From Haliotis rubra (lineage: Eukaryota), in NCBI RefSeq assembly GCF_003918875.1, contig NW_025766115.1, positions 1,364,001 to 1,428,000 of the forward strand: a DNA stretch of 64,000 nucleotides. Direction: 5' to 3'. This document shows positions 11,344 to 22,804 of the stretch, in pieces. Numbering within the stretch: position 1 is the stretch's first letter; every line of letters starts with the position of its first letter. Below the pieces are notes generated by a model. That model did no database searches. It was not told where the DNA came from and was given only the letters and a program-made list of their open reading frames with translations. Position numbers and translations under genes: made by a program.

Positions 11344-11521
11344 ATCTCTTTGAAACGCATCATTAATACATATTACACCTGTACTACACATACCTGTTAC
11401 AACATACAAATACAACATGATATGTATTACTATCATATAAAGATGATTATAAATTCTATCTCACATACGTGTACATGCTTTTAATAGCATTACACACGCT
11501 GGAATAGGGTTAGAAGAACGG

Positions 11522-11870
11522 GTGAGGTTCGTCGTGCTTGAGAATATTTCGCTCATATGGCATCGTGCATGCATGCGTATGTGTATGTGCGGCTGCTTGT
11601 ACTAGCCCAGACTGAAGCTGGTTTTATAGTGCTAGCCCACTGAGATACCATGCCGCAGTGAAGCATGAATACCCCACTCAGACACATTATACTGACTCCG
11701 AGCCGACCAGTCCTTGTTGTACCCATCAATGCCGAGCGCCAGACGAGCGCCAGACAGGGACCAACAAGTACCATATTTTAACGTCTTTTGGTATGACGCG
11801 GTCGGGGATCGAACCCGCGACCTTCCGCTCTCCGGGCGGACGCTCTAACCACTACACCACGGAGGCGGTC
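11522..11870 (-). mobile_element. SINE family 3 (tRNA head plus Meta/MESC, RUDI-like domain)
   Basis: A box TGGTGTAGTGG, B box GGTTCGATCC, GTCATACCAAAAGAC..AAAATATGGTAC core; TSD TTAGAAGAACGG. Confidence 0.88.
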
Positions 11871-12484
11871 TTAGAAGAACGGCGCCTCATAAACCTTAAG
11901 TACTAAGCTTAGAATCAGTTTTACCCGAGGTTGAAGTTTTGCCCGTTTCACAAAGCAAAGCAGCTAATTAATATAGAATGTAAAGTTGTAATCGTTCGTC
12001 ATGAAGGGATACGAAACTTTCACATTGTAAATTGCATTTTTTCGCGCTTTGGGAGAAAGAGACAAGTTAGTGCAACACGGAACCCAGAAATACGCCACCT
12101 ATTTCACGGGGACTGAAAAATATCAAGTGTGGATCAGACAATCCAGTGATTGTTATTACGAAGAACGATCCATCCGGGTTACGATAACACATATCAACCA
12201 AGTCACTGTGTTTGGTCACTCAATCCATGTGGCCGCATTTCAGAACAATCAAAGGTTGCTGGGGACCATTTTAACCTGTAATCCCCACTGCTATACATGT
12301 CTACTTTTAATCTAGCGCTTAAATTATTCAGTCTAAGAGACAAACACCAAGCACAACAAAATCTCGATACCAAGATATCGATCCGATCACGGTAACAATC
12401 TCGAGAAGACTAATTCTAACGGAGAAATCTCATGTTCCAGCTCCATATCTTTGTTAAAATCAATGAAATAATTGAATACAAAGA

Positions 12485-12707
12485 TTGATTTGTTCTTTAA
12501 CGCCACACTCAGCAATATTCCAGCTATATAACGGCGGTCTGTAAATAAAGTCTGGACCAGACAACCCAGTGATGAGAATCATGAGCATCGAGCTACACAA
12601 TTGGGACACGATGACGTGTCAACCAAGTCAGCGAGCCTGACCACCCTGAAGTCAACTCTTACAAGCATGGGTTACTGAAGACCAATTCTAACTTGGATCT
12701 TCACGGG
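12485..12707 (-). mobile_element. SINE family 2
   Basis: Matches the family consensus; a degenerate copy lies at about 12125-12285. Confidence 0.8.
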
Positions 12708-12912
12708 TGGAATAAAAAGAGACTAAGTGCTTTTTAGCACTGCGCCCCCGTATGAGGACGCCGTGTTTGTTTGGGTGGGAAATCTTCTCTATATTATGAT
12801 TACAAAGGCATTTAACAATACGTACAGTCAGTAACCCACAATATAGCAGCGTGAGAAACGATGTTGTCACATCTTTATTTCTTGCCCAGTTCTATTCTTT
12901 GATTTGAGATTT

Positions 12913-13077
12913 CAGGGGTTAGCGCGGACGCAGACCCCCACACTTATAAATTACGTACTCGAGTCACCCGCATTTGGGGTGATCGCAGGGGTCAGCCAAA
13001 CCGAGGTGCAATGGAAAGGCCTCGCCCTGGGAGGACCGCCTTGCGGATCACGGTAACCTCCCGTACCAGGTAAGTAT
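12913..13077 (-). ncRNA. U1: U1 snRNA, class B copy 8
   Basis: Identical to copy 7 by inspection. Confidence 0.96.
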
Positions 13078-14352
13078 GCTTTGTCTTCCTTCAAATCAGT
13101 ACTAATACTTGGTCTGGAATGACTCACTTGGGGTGTTGCAGCTTACATATCGAACCTATATAAACAGCAGAGTAATAAGGGAAAATACATCTCTTCTACA
13201 TTCAAAACACAAATTAATGTTTAATTTTGTGGTATTATATTTTTTTTAAAGACATTGTGCGTTTTAAGAGTCTGTTTTGTCTCAAGGAACAAAACTGACA
13301 ACATCGTGTGAAGGTGAAGCCTACGTATACCGTCTATTCTCCATACAGGGGCGAGAGAGGGCGAACATTCGTTGAAGCATGCGAGAGTCCGTGAAGCTGA
13401 TATCAGCCATTCACATCAAACAGCTCACTCCGACCTAAATAGCTAACACCAACCTGACACGTCTAATTCCTCACTGCATGTCATGAATACAGCGACAGTA
13501 AACAACATTATCAGAGTCGAAGTCTATTTAAGAGCATGCAACCGAATTCGGAGTGGCGCTGTTCAGAGCTTGCAAACAATGAAAGGCACTACAGCCAATC
13601 AAATCCCAGCTCGCGAACCTTGAGAATGGGTATGAAGCTTGTCTATTTGCTCAGTCAAAACACGAGGTATGCAATTCTAGGTTTCTCTCGACTTTTGTGT
13701 TGTCATTTGTTCTTATCGTTGTTAATCAATCTATTATTTCAACTGTATTCATGAACCAGAGAAGCGTTTGAAATCACGCTTCACTTATCTTTATTAGCAT
13801 TTAACATTTCAATGTCATCGCTAGAAACAATTAATGGTTCAGAGGGGAGGGTTGTTTCACTTCTCTGCAAACACAAAACAGGCGTGGATCGCTGAAACGG
13901 ACCTCGTTGAACGAATAGTTAACACTCTTTATTCCAGCTTCTTATTTATTCTATGGAAATCAAAATAATTGGTAAAGAGAGGGCGGGTATGGAGTAATCG
14001 CTTTTCATTCTACTCCAGCAAGGTCAGGCTGAACATCATCATACGTATATGCAAACAATTAATAAAAGTTAGAATCAACCACGAGAATTATTCTCTATTA
14101 TTTGAGTTGGGGACTAATTCTAACCTGTAAGCCCCCCCCGCGAGATATACCTGTCTACTTACAATAAAAATAGAGGGAGTGTTTTCAGCACTGTGAGCAC
14201 AGCAGTATGAGGACGTAGCGTTTTTTGTGTATGGGGAGACTCCCTTGATTAAGGTTACAGAGGTATTTAACAGTTGGTTAACAACAGCATGAGAAACGAT
14301 GTTGGCCACATCTTTGTATTTAGTACAATTCTAATTTTTGATTTGAGTTTTT

Positions 14353-14517
14353 CAGGGGTTAGCGCGGACGCAGACCCCCACACATATAAATTACGTACTC
14401 GAGTCACCCGCATTTGGGGTGATCGCAGGGGTCAGCCAAACCGAGGTGCAATGGAAAGGCCTCGCCCTGGGAGGACCGCCTTGCGGATCACGGTAACCTC
14501 CCGTACCAGGTAAGTAT
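14353..14517 (-). ncRNA. U1: U1 snRNA, class B copy 9
   Basis: As copy 7 but Sm region AATTTATATG. Confidence 0.96.
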
Positions 14518-15800
14518 GCTTTGTCTTCCTTCAAATCAGTACTAATACTTGCTCTGGAATGACTCACTTGGGGTGTTGCGGCTTACATATCGAACCTATA
14601 TAAACAGCAGAGTAATAAGGGAAAATACATCTCTTCTACATTCAAAACACAAATTAATGTTTAATTTTGTGGTATTATATTTTTTAAAAACATTGTGCGT
14701 TTTAAGAGTCTGTTTTGTCTCAAGGAACAAAACTGACAACATCGTGTGAAGGTGAAGCCTACGTATACCGTCTATTCTCCATACAGGGGCGAGAGAGGGC
14801 GAACATTCGTTGAAGCATGCGAGAGTCCGTGAAGCTGATATCAGCCATTCACATCAAACAGCTCACTCCGACCTAAATAGCTAACACCAACCTGACACGT
14901 CTAATTCCTCACTGCCTGTCATGAATACAGCGACAGTAAACAACATTATCAGAGTCGAAGTCTATTTAAGAGCATGGCAACCGAATTCGGAGTGGCGCTG
15001 TTCAGAGCTTGCAAACAACAATGAAAGGCACTACAGCCAATCAAATCCCAGCTCGCGAACCTTGAGAATGAGTATGAAGCTTGTCTTTTTTATTTGTTCA
15101 GTCAAAACACGAGGTATGCAATTCTCGGTTTCTCTCGACTTTTGTGTTGTCATTTGTTCTTATCGTTGTTAATCAATCTATTATTTCAACTGTATTCATG
15201 AACCAGAGAAGCGTTTGAAATCACGCTTGACTTATCTTTATTAGCATTTAACATTTCAATGTCATCGCTAGAAACAATTAATGGTTCAGAGGGAGGGTTG
15301 TTTCACTTCTCTGCAAACACAAAACAGGCGTGGATCGCTGAAACGGACCTCGTTGAACGAATAGTTAACACTCTTTATTCCAGCTTCTTATTTATTCTAT
15401 GGAAATCAAAATAATTGGTAAAGAGAGGGCGGGTATGGAGTAATCGCTTTTCATTCTACTCCAGCAAGGTCAGGCTGAACATCATCATACGTATATGCAA
15501 ACAATTAATAAAAGTTAGAATCAACCACGAAAATTATTCTCTGTTATTTGAGTTGGGGACTAATTCTAACCTGTAAGCCCCCCCCGCGAGATATACCTGT
15601 CTACTTACAATAAAAATAGAGGGAGTGTTTTCAGCACTGTGAGCACAGCAGTATGAGGACGCAGCGTTTTTTGTGTATGGGGAGACTTCCCTTGATTAAG
15701 GTTACAGAGGTATTTAACAGTTGGTTAACAACATCATGAGAAACGATGTTGGCCACATCTTTGTATTTAGTACAATTCTATTTTTTGATTTGAGTTTTTT

Positions 15801-15966
15801 CAGGGGTTAGCGCGGACGCAGACCCCCTACACATATAAATTACGTACTCGAGTCACCCGCATTTGGGGTGATCGCAGGGGTCAGCCAAACCGAGGTGCAA
15901 TGGAAAGGCCTCGCCCTGGGAGGACCGCCTTGCGGATCACGGTAACCTCCCGTACCAGGTAAGTAT
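15801..15966 (-). ncRNA. U1: U1 snRNA, class B copy 10
   Basis: As copy 9 with a 1-nt insertion before SL4. Confidence 0.95.
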
Positions 15967-16935
15967 GCTTTGGCTTCATTCAAATCAGTACTAATACTTG
16001 GTCTGGAATGACTCACTTGGGGTGTTGCAGCTTACATATCGAACCTATATAAACAGCAGAGTAATAAGGGAAAATACATCTCTTCTACATTCAAAACACA
16101 AATTAATGTTTAATTTTGTGGTATTATATTTTTTTAAAAACATTGTGCGTTTTAAGAGTCTGTTTTGTCTCAAGGAACAAAACTGACAACATCGTGTGAA
16201 GGTGAAGCCTACGTATACCGTCTATTCTCCATACAGGGGCGAGAGAGGGCGAACATTCGTTGAAGTTTGCGAGAGTCCTCGTGAGGCTGATATCAGCCAT
16301 TCACATCAAATAGCTCACTCCGACCTAAATAGCTAACACCGACCTGACACGTCTAATTCCTCACTGCATGTCATGAATACAGCGACAGTAAACAACATTA
16401 TCAGAGTCGAAGTCTATTTAAGAGCATGCAACCGAATTCGGAGTGGCGCTGTTCAGAGCTTGCAAACAACAATGAAAGGCACTACAGCCAATCAAATCCC
16501 AGCTCGCTAAGCTTGAGAATGAGTATGAAGCTTGTCTTTTTTATTTGTTCAGTCAAAACACGAGGTATGCAATTCACGGTTTCTCTCGACTTTTGTGTTG
16601 TCATTTGTTCTTATCGTTGTTAATCAATCTATTATTTCAACTGTATTCATGAACCAGAGAAGCGTTTGAAATCACGCTTGACTTATCTTTATTAGCATTT
16701 AACATTTCAATGTCATCGCTAGAAACAATTAATGGTTCAGAGGGAGGGTTGTTTCACTTCTCTCCAAACACAAAACAGGCGTGGATCGCTGAAACGGACC
16801 TCGTTGAAGGAATAGTTAACACTATTTATTCCAGCTTCTTATGTATTCTATGGAAATGAAAATCATTGGTTAAAGAGAGGGCGGGTGGCCAAATCTTTGT
16901 ATTTAGAACAATTCTAATTTTTGATTTGAGTTTTT

Positions 16936-17100
16936 CAGGGGTTAGCGCGGACGCAGACCCCCACACATATAAATTACGTACTCGAGTCACCCGCATTTGG
17001 GGTGATCGCAGGGGTCAGCCAAACCGAGGTGCAATGGAAAGGCCTCACCCTGGGAGGACCGCCTTGCGGATCACGGTAACCTCCTGTACCAGGTAAGTAT
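16936..17100 (-). ncRNA. U1: U1 snRNA, class B copy 11 (array edge)
   Basis: As copy 9 with G>A at the SL1 base and GGGTGA (class-A-like) at the SL2 base. Confidence 0.94.
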
Positions 17101-17144
17101 GCTTTGTCTTCCTTCAAATCAGTACTAATACTTGGTACAGAAAT

Positions 17145-17158
17145 ACTGAATTGTGGTG
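17145..17158 (-). promoter_or_regulatory. Putative PSE of copy 11 (CACCACAATTCAGT at -58)
   Basis: Motif retained although the surrounding upstream sequence differs from other class B copies. Confidence 0.62.
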
Positions 17159-18329
17159 TCCTTACAAAAAGGGAACATGTTTTGTTTTTTTAAATACAGT
17201 ACACAAGAGTGTGTTTATTCTTTCAAATACTTTGATTAATACATATATATTTTTGTGGTGTATAACATCTACCTACTTGTTGTACATATAACCGACATTA
17301 TGTGCTTATATTGCTTTGCATCAAGTCGCTGCAAGCCGTGGACAAAATGTTGTCAATTACTATTCTCGCGACACGGCTCCTGGTTTCGCCTGCTCACCAG
17401 AAAATCATCCACATGTTGTTACCCACACTGTTACGAGTTCGCGAAGGGTCAAAGATAACAACCAATCAAATCGTATCTAAGGCGCCTGCTCGCGACAGAC
17501 AAGCATTAACTTGATGATGCGCGTACGGCGAGACACTCACTCTGTGCCATAACCGAACAGTATTCGAACCAGTTATCAGACCACTATTCATGAGTAAACC
17601 AAATAAAACATCAACAACAGTGAAACATGGCCCTTTTGAGTATAATTCGAAATATGAACACCCCAGGAAGCTCAGAATGTCGTTTAGAAGTATTATCCTT
17701 ATTATTCTAAAATTATGTATTTTCTTGTCATTGCATATACCTGTAAATCACTATTTCTAAAATTATAAGTGTATCATGACTGGCTATACTGATTCTTTAG
17801 GGGGGAAACGCTGAAAATAGTATGTCGATCATAGTTATGTACTGCGCATGTGTACACATATAAAGTTGATGTGCCTCCATACCTAAAATTATTTCAGACA
17901 TGTTACTCTACATCAATACCAACTTTGATGCTTTTATCATCAAATGCATAGTTCTTATGGAAACTTGATCTTAGCCGCTCTACTATCGAGGTTAACATAC
18001 TACAAGATGACAAATGATCACAAAATGTCAAAGTCATACAGTTGACTTCACAACATCCAGAGATCCCTTCTCCAATCAGCTGTAAAGAGCTGTAAAGCTA
18101 CATACCCTAACAGAAAAACGTGTCAAAATACGCACGAGCCGTAAAGTGAGCGAATGTTGTTGTTGTTGTCGTTGTTGTCAACATATATTGTCACCTGCAA
18201 ATATTATACTAATCACAGGATTGTCTGGTCCAGACACAATTATTTACCTACCGCCACCATTTACCTAGAAAATTGCAGTGTAGCGATAAACCGACAATCA
18301 AACGAAACCAAACCAAAATGTCAATATAG

Positions 18330-18331
18330 CA

Positions 18332-18381
<50 letters not shown>

Positions 18382-18510
18382 TGCGTGGGTGCAAGGGTGC
18401 GCAGCCCCTCCCCATTTGACCCGTGAAAACGGGTGAAAATGAAGTGTTCAAGAGTGCGCGTCTCTCTCTTCCACCCCACCCCCCTTCTCAAAAAGCTGTA
18501 TCCGCCCCTG
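18330..18510 (-). mobile_element. MITE (CAGGGGCGGATACAG family) containing a (TG)n(TGCG)n microsatellite; intact relative at 58349-58514
   Basis: End CTGTATCCGCCCCTG and interior homologous to the 58349-58514 copy, which has TIRs and TSD TGTAA. Confidence 0.7.
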
Positions 18511-19978
18511 AATAGTACCCAATCTGCATCGATCAATTGTCAGTCACCGGACTGTCTGGTCCAGATTTGATTGTTAACAGACCGAATCATGTACAGGAAA
18601 ATCTCCGAGTACGGAGTTGTACATCAAACATATCCTCCGATGTTGTGAGTTACCCGTTCTCACGATTCCGTCAGCTCACCCCCACCCCTGAGCAAGTATA
18701 CTTTCGATAGAATCCCATGAAAGAGTAAATATTTACCCGCTCCGCATCTTTCTCCTCCCTTTCCTGCATACAGTGCCCCACGTTCAGCCGTTCAACTATC
18801 ATTTCTTGTAACATACCAACCCAGGATTGCTCATGATGACAAACAGCCATTGAGCGCTTGACAAAACTTCTGGTCATTTTGCTGTAGCACGTGAAGTCCG
18901 TGCGCAACATTCGTGGGGTGCACGTGATGATCACGCAGAAAAAAAGTACTCAGTGTCTTTTCACGCATTATTGGCGGTGTTGAGTTTTTATTTGGAAGAA
19001 TTCAAGTTGTGAAATCAATAACAAATACGTTTACACCAAACTAAAGTGGCAAACGTACTTTCAATCACATATTTGTGAGGCAAAGAGTTGTCGATTTTTG
19101 GGGGCGGTTTTCCGTGTTTTCATACTGACGTGAAACAATTCAAAAAACCTTATTTCAATTTTCCCCGCGGCTGTATAAATTCCCCCCCAGAATTATTCTC
19201 ATTGAAATAACAGGTTCCTGAAGCCAAGAGAGTGATTTACATCATAAATTGATAATTTATAATGACAGTTATCAAGTGCTGTCAATTCCAATTTTCATCA
19301 AACTAAGTTACACATTTTCTGAAAAATATGTTTTTATATATATTTTTCGGCCGCCCGCTCTCTTGCCCTTTAGTTTGGTGATGACAAACACATATAATAC
19401 GGACGGTCTCAGAGCTTGCTTTTTTTAGAAGTATTTCTGAAACGCGGGCGCATTGAGCGGTGGGTTGTGACAAGAAAGCCTTGAAGTTGTGAAATGTCTA
19501 AGGGAGGTAACTCCGGACACCCTATTTCATCAACACGACAATCCATATGTATGTTCTTCTTGACGAATGCTGTGCTGTGGGAAGCTGATAGATAGGAGAT
19601 CACTGGTGTACATGTATTTAAAGATGCATAACCAATACGAGTCCGTGATTTGATAATCCGATACATTCTCTATACGGACGATAACTGGGTTTTCACTCAT
19701 CCATTCGCACAGTTTGAACCTTTCCCTCTGAAGGAGGCACCTGAATAAAGGGATGGAATTACCAATATGCTATGCCTGTCTTAAGACACGACTAGATGCC
19801 ATGATTACTTCGGTGATTTAGTTTTGCTGCTGTTCTTTTTTAACTGTTAGCATTCTAGCGCACCAGCTTGTTGGTATATGTACTCTTCAGGAAGCTGGCG
19901 ATGAAGTGTGAGGGTACTCTGATCCATAGTCGGGGAAACTTATATTGAGCCATTGTGCACTGAAGGAATCATCATCAT

Positions 19979-20242
19979 NNNNNNNNNNNNNNNNNNNNNN
20001 NNNNNNNNNNNNNNNNNNNNNNNNNNNNNNNNNNNNNNNNNNNNNNNNNNNNNNNNNNNNNNNNNNNNNNNNNNNNNNNNNNNNNNNNNNNNNNNNNNNN
20101 NNNNNNNNNNNNNNNNNNNNNNNNNNNNNNNNNNNNNNNNNNNNNNNNNNNNNNNNNNNNNNNNNNNNNNNNNNNNNNNNNNNNNNNNNNNNNNNNNNNN
20201 NNNNNNNNNNNNNNNNNNNNNNNNNNNNNNNNNNNNNNNNNN
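19979..20242. other. Assembly gap (N run)
   Basis: N bases. Confidence 1.
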
Positions 20243-20750
20243 ATTGAAGGGTGACATTTTACTGACGCCCCTGGCTCCGGTAGTCTGGACCTTTGTTAGA
20301 AGCAGTTACTGTCATGTTTAGTTATATTTAAACATATTTTATTCACAAAGTGAAAAGAATCGGGGTCAAGTTTGTTACAACTTAATACCGTCAAGGCGCC
20401 AGGGGAATATCTAAATGTAACAATAATCGGTCTCTTCTTCGCACACGTACACCATTCGTTAATCCGGGTTGTTTTTCTTTTTTTATTCCTTCTCAATGGG
20501 ATATGTATTCTGGCACGTGGGGACTGGGGGACGAATGTGTCCCAGCACCCTAATCCCGGTCGTAAGAACTAAACTGAAGAATTTTTGGGTAAGAAATGGT
20601 CCCCGTCATCTTTGCTGGCCATACGACTTCGTGGATCGCGTGGTCAGGATCGGTGTATTGGTTGGTAACGTACATGCCTTCGTCCCCAGAAATCGTGGGT
20701 CGTTGCTCATAGCATCGGCCTTTATATGGTCTGTGTCTGGCTTGACTGCG

Positions 20751-20920
20751 ACTGACTGACTGACTGAGTTTGGTTTAACGCCGCTTTTAGCAATATTCCA
20801 GCAACATCACGGCGGGGGACACCAGAAATGGGCTTCACACATTGTACCCATGTGGGGATTCGAACCCGGGTCTTCGGCGTGACGAGCCAACGCTTTGACC
20901 ACTAGGCTACCCCACCGCCC
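20751..20920 (-). mobile_element. SINE family 1, full length
   Basis: GGGCGGTGGGGTAGCCTAGTGG..GTCACGCCGAAGACCCGGGTTCGAATCCCC head; (CAGT)n tail; TSD GGCTTGACTGCG. Confidence 0.9.
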
Positions 20921-21307
20921 GGCTTGACTGCGGCAACAAACACACACAGGAGAGGCGAAGTGAGTTTGAATGAGTTTAAGATTGCGTTCAAACTTGCATG
21001 GAACATTTTAACGACTTTCATGCAGTGTGCGTCTGCGTGTGCGTCTACTGGCTAACAAGAGATACCCCAATCATTTGGTATGAGGCGTCTTTGGGATACA
21101 AACCACCGATCCCCCTATCTCTGGACAAACACTCGTTCCACTAGACCTTTTTTTAACACCAGGTCGTTCAGTGAAGAAATAATTAGTATTTCTGTAAGCC
21201 TTAGGGAATATGACAAAGTGTAATTTATATATTATAAATAAAATAAAATATAATCTTTCAAGCCGACTAGATATTCTTGTTGGGTGAATGATTCTTTGTA
21301 GATATTA

Positions 21308-21472
21308 GTGAGTGAGTGAGTGAGTGTGGTTTAACGCCGCCTTCAGCAATATTCCAACAATATCTTGGACATAACACTAGAACATGGGTTCAAACATTAC
21401 ACCCATCGACTCGAACCCGGGTCTTCTGTCTGACGAGCGAACACTTGAACCACAAGGCTACCCCACTGCCCC
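21308..21472 (-). mobile_element. SINE family 1, diverged
   Basis: Homology to the family consensus; (CACT)n tail. Confidence 0.75.
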
Positions 21473-22130
21473 AATGTAGATAAGATACTCTGGGTAATCG
21501 AGATTACCTTATATACTGAACAAATTACATTTTTCAAATCCTCGGTATCCCTCGGGATGAAAATTGCAAACCCAGGATAAATATTTAAATTAAGTATTGG
21601 TGTTATTCTTTGTTTAGGAAGCTTTTTAAAATCATTTCAAACAATAAATCGATATCTTTTATCAAAGTTTACTTGTTTGATAAAGCACATGCTGTACCAC
21701 TATACAGTGACACTTTAATCGGTAAATGGATTTTGCAATAAAAACATTTGTGCAGAAAATAACGTTTGGGTTACTTGACTGGAATGAAGACAAAATTGAA
21801 GGAAGGAGCTCGACTGCCAAGTAATGGGATGAAGGTGGCAATTTCGACCGAGTATTTGGAATTTGTAGCGTGTTTTGTATTGATTGTGTCTTGAGTGACG
21901 ATGCTGCTTGAGCCCGGAGTCTTGATTGAAATCACCTGCGGGGACTTTTTGAAGATATAATGTTGTTTTACGACTTATTTTATTGCAAGAATTCGGACTT
22001 GTGCCATTGCACACTCAGATTCAATTTCGCTGAATTTAGTCAAAATTGACACAAACGTGAACAAACTGATAGTGTCCTTCACCTTCGTTCGCCAGCTGTT
22101 GTATCCTTACGTTCAACCACAGGCAAACTG

Positions 22131-22215
22131 TTGCGCAAATAGGGTTGCGCAACAGAGAGAAAAATGACCAGTCTTTGCGCTACAGTTTGCCCGTGGTTCA
22201 AGTGATATGACGTCA
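22131..22215. promoter_or_regulatory. Candidate regulatory cluster: two TTGCGCAA (C/EBP) plus TGACGTCA (CRE)
   Basis: Perfect palindromic sites at 22131, 22145 and 22208 in CpG-rich unique DNA. Confidence 0.35.
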
Positions 22216-22329
22216 AGCCCGTGCGAGTGAATGATGTTTTGTCGGGTCAGCAGTATTACATCTCGAGTAAAACAACGGGTAATTACTCGAAATAACAACC
22301 TTACGAGAACTGAAACAAAACAACGATAG

Positions 22330-22507
22330 AGTCTTTGAACGGCATTTAGAAGTGATACACATACAGGCGAGAATTTATGGATATCAACTTCTGTAGTTTG
22401 AGGAACACGACGTTTCTTCTTTGTTCTGATTCCTTCATCAGGTGAATAAATAAAACGTTGTGTTCCTTAGATTAAATAAGTTGACATCAATAAATTCTCT
22501 CGCCTTT
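22330..22507 (-). mobile_element. Penelope-like element terminal remnant with inverted partial repeat and minimal hammerhead core
   Basis: 13-bp TSD AAAACAACGATAG; minus strand CAC-CTGATGA-N18-GAAACGTC-GTG; 22450-22505 is an inverted copy of about 22365-22415. Confidence 0.7.
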
Positions 22508-22804
22508 AAAACAACGATAGTTGACAGAAAGGGCAATGGCCAACGCCAACAGCGCCCAAATCTCCCTTGGAGCTTACGAAAACCATGAAATAAGGAGAAT
22601 TCGTTCGGGCCTGAATCCCTACATGAAAAGAATGAGTAGATGGAACATTATTGTCCCCAAGCCACAATAATAGGCTGTAATATTATAGACTGAGATCATG
22701 AGAGTGGTCGTGTACAGGACCAACCTTTAATACCCCTCTCTGTTGAGAACAAGGTTTCTTTAGGTTTGTACTCTGAAGTCTGCCTTTTTTCTGCGAAATG
22801 AGGA

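Larger units (their letters stand above)
1210..17100 (-). repeat. Tandem array of 11 U1 snRNA genes (6 class A, then 5 class B), unit spacing about 1.1-1.45 kb (2.1 and 3.3 kb where TEs inserted)
   Basis: A ~164-nt conserved core recurs 11 times head-to-tail, with homologous spacers within each class. Confidence 0.95.

Noticed and set aside
18671-19666. Minus-strand ORFs of 87 and 85 aa as exons
   Set aside because: No recognisable domain or coherent splice structure.
19940-20321. ORFs across N runs (also 59366-60045)
   Set aside because: Assembly-gap artefacts.
20751-20920. tRNA-Asp or other tRNA genes
   Set aside because: tRNA-like heads lack a proper acceptor stem, are fused to SINE bodies and tails, and are flanked by TSDs.
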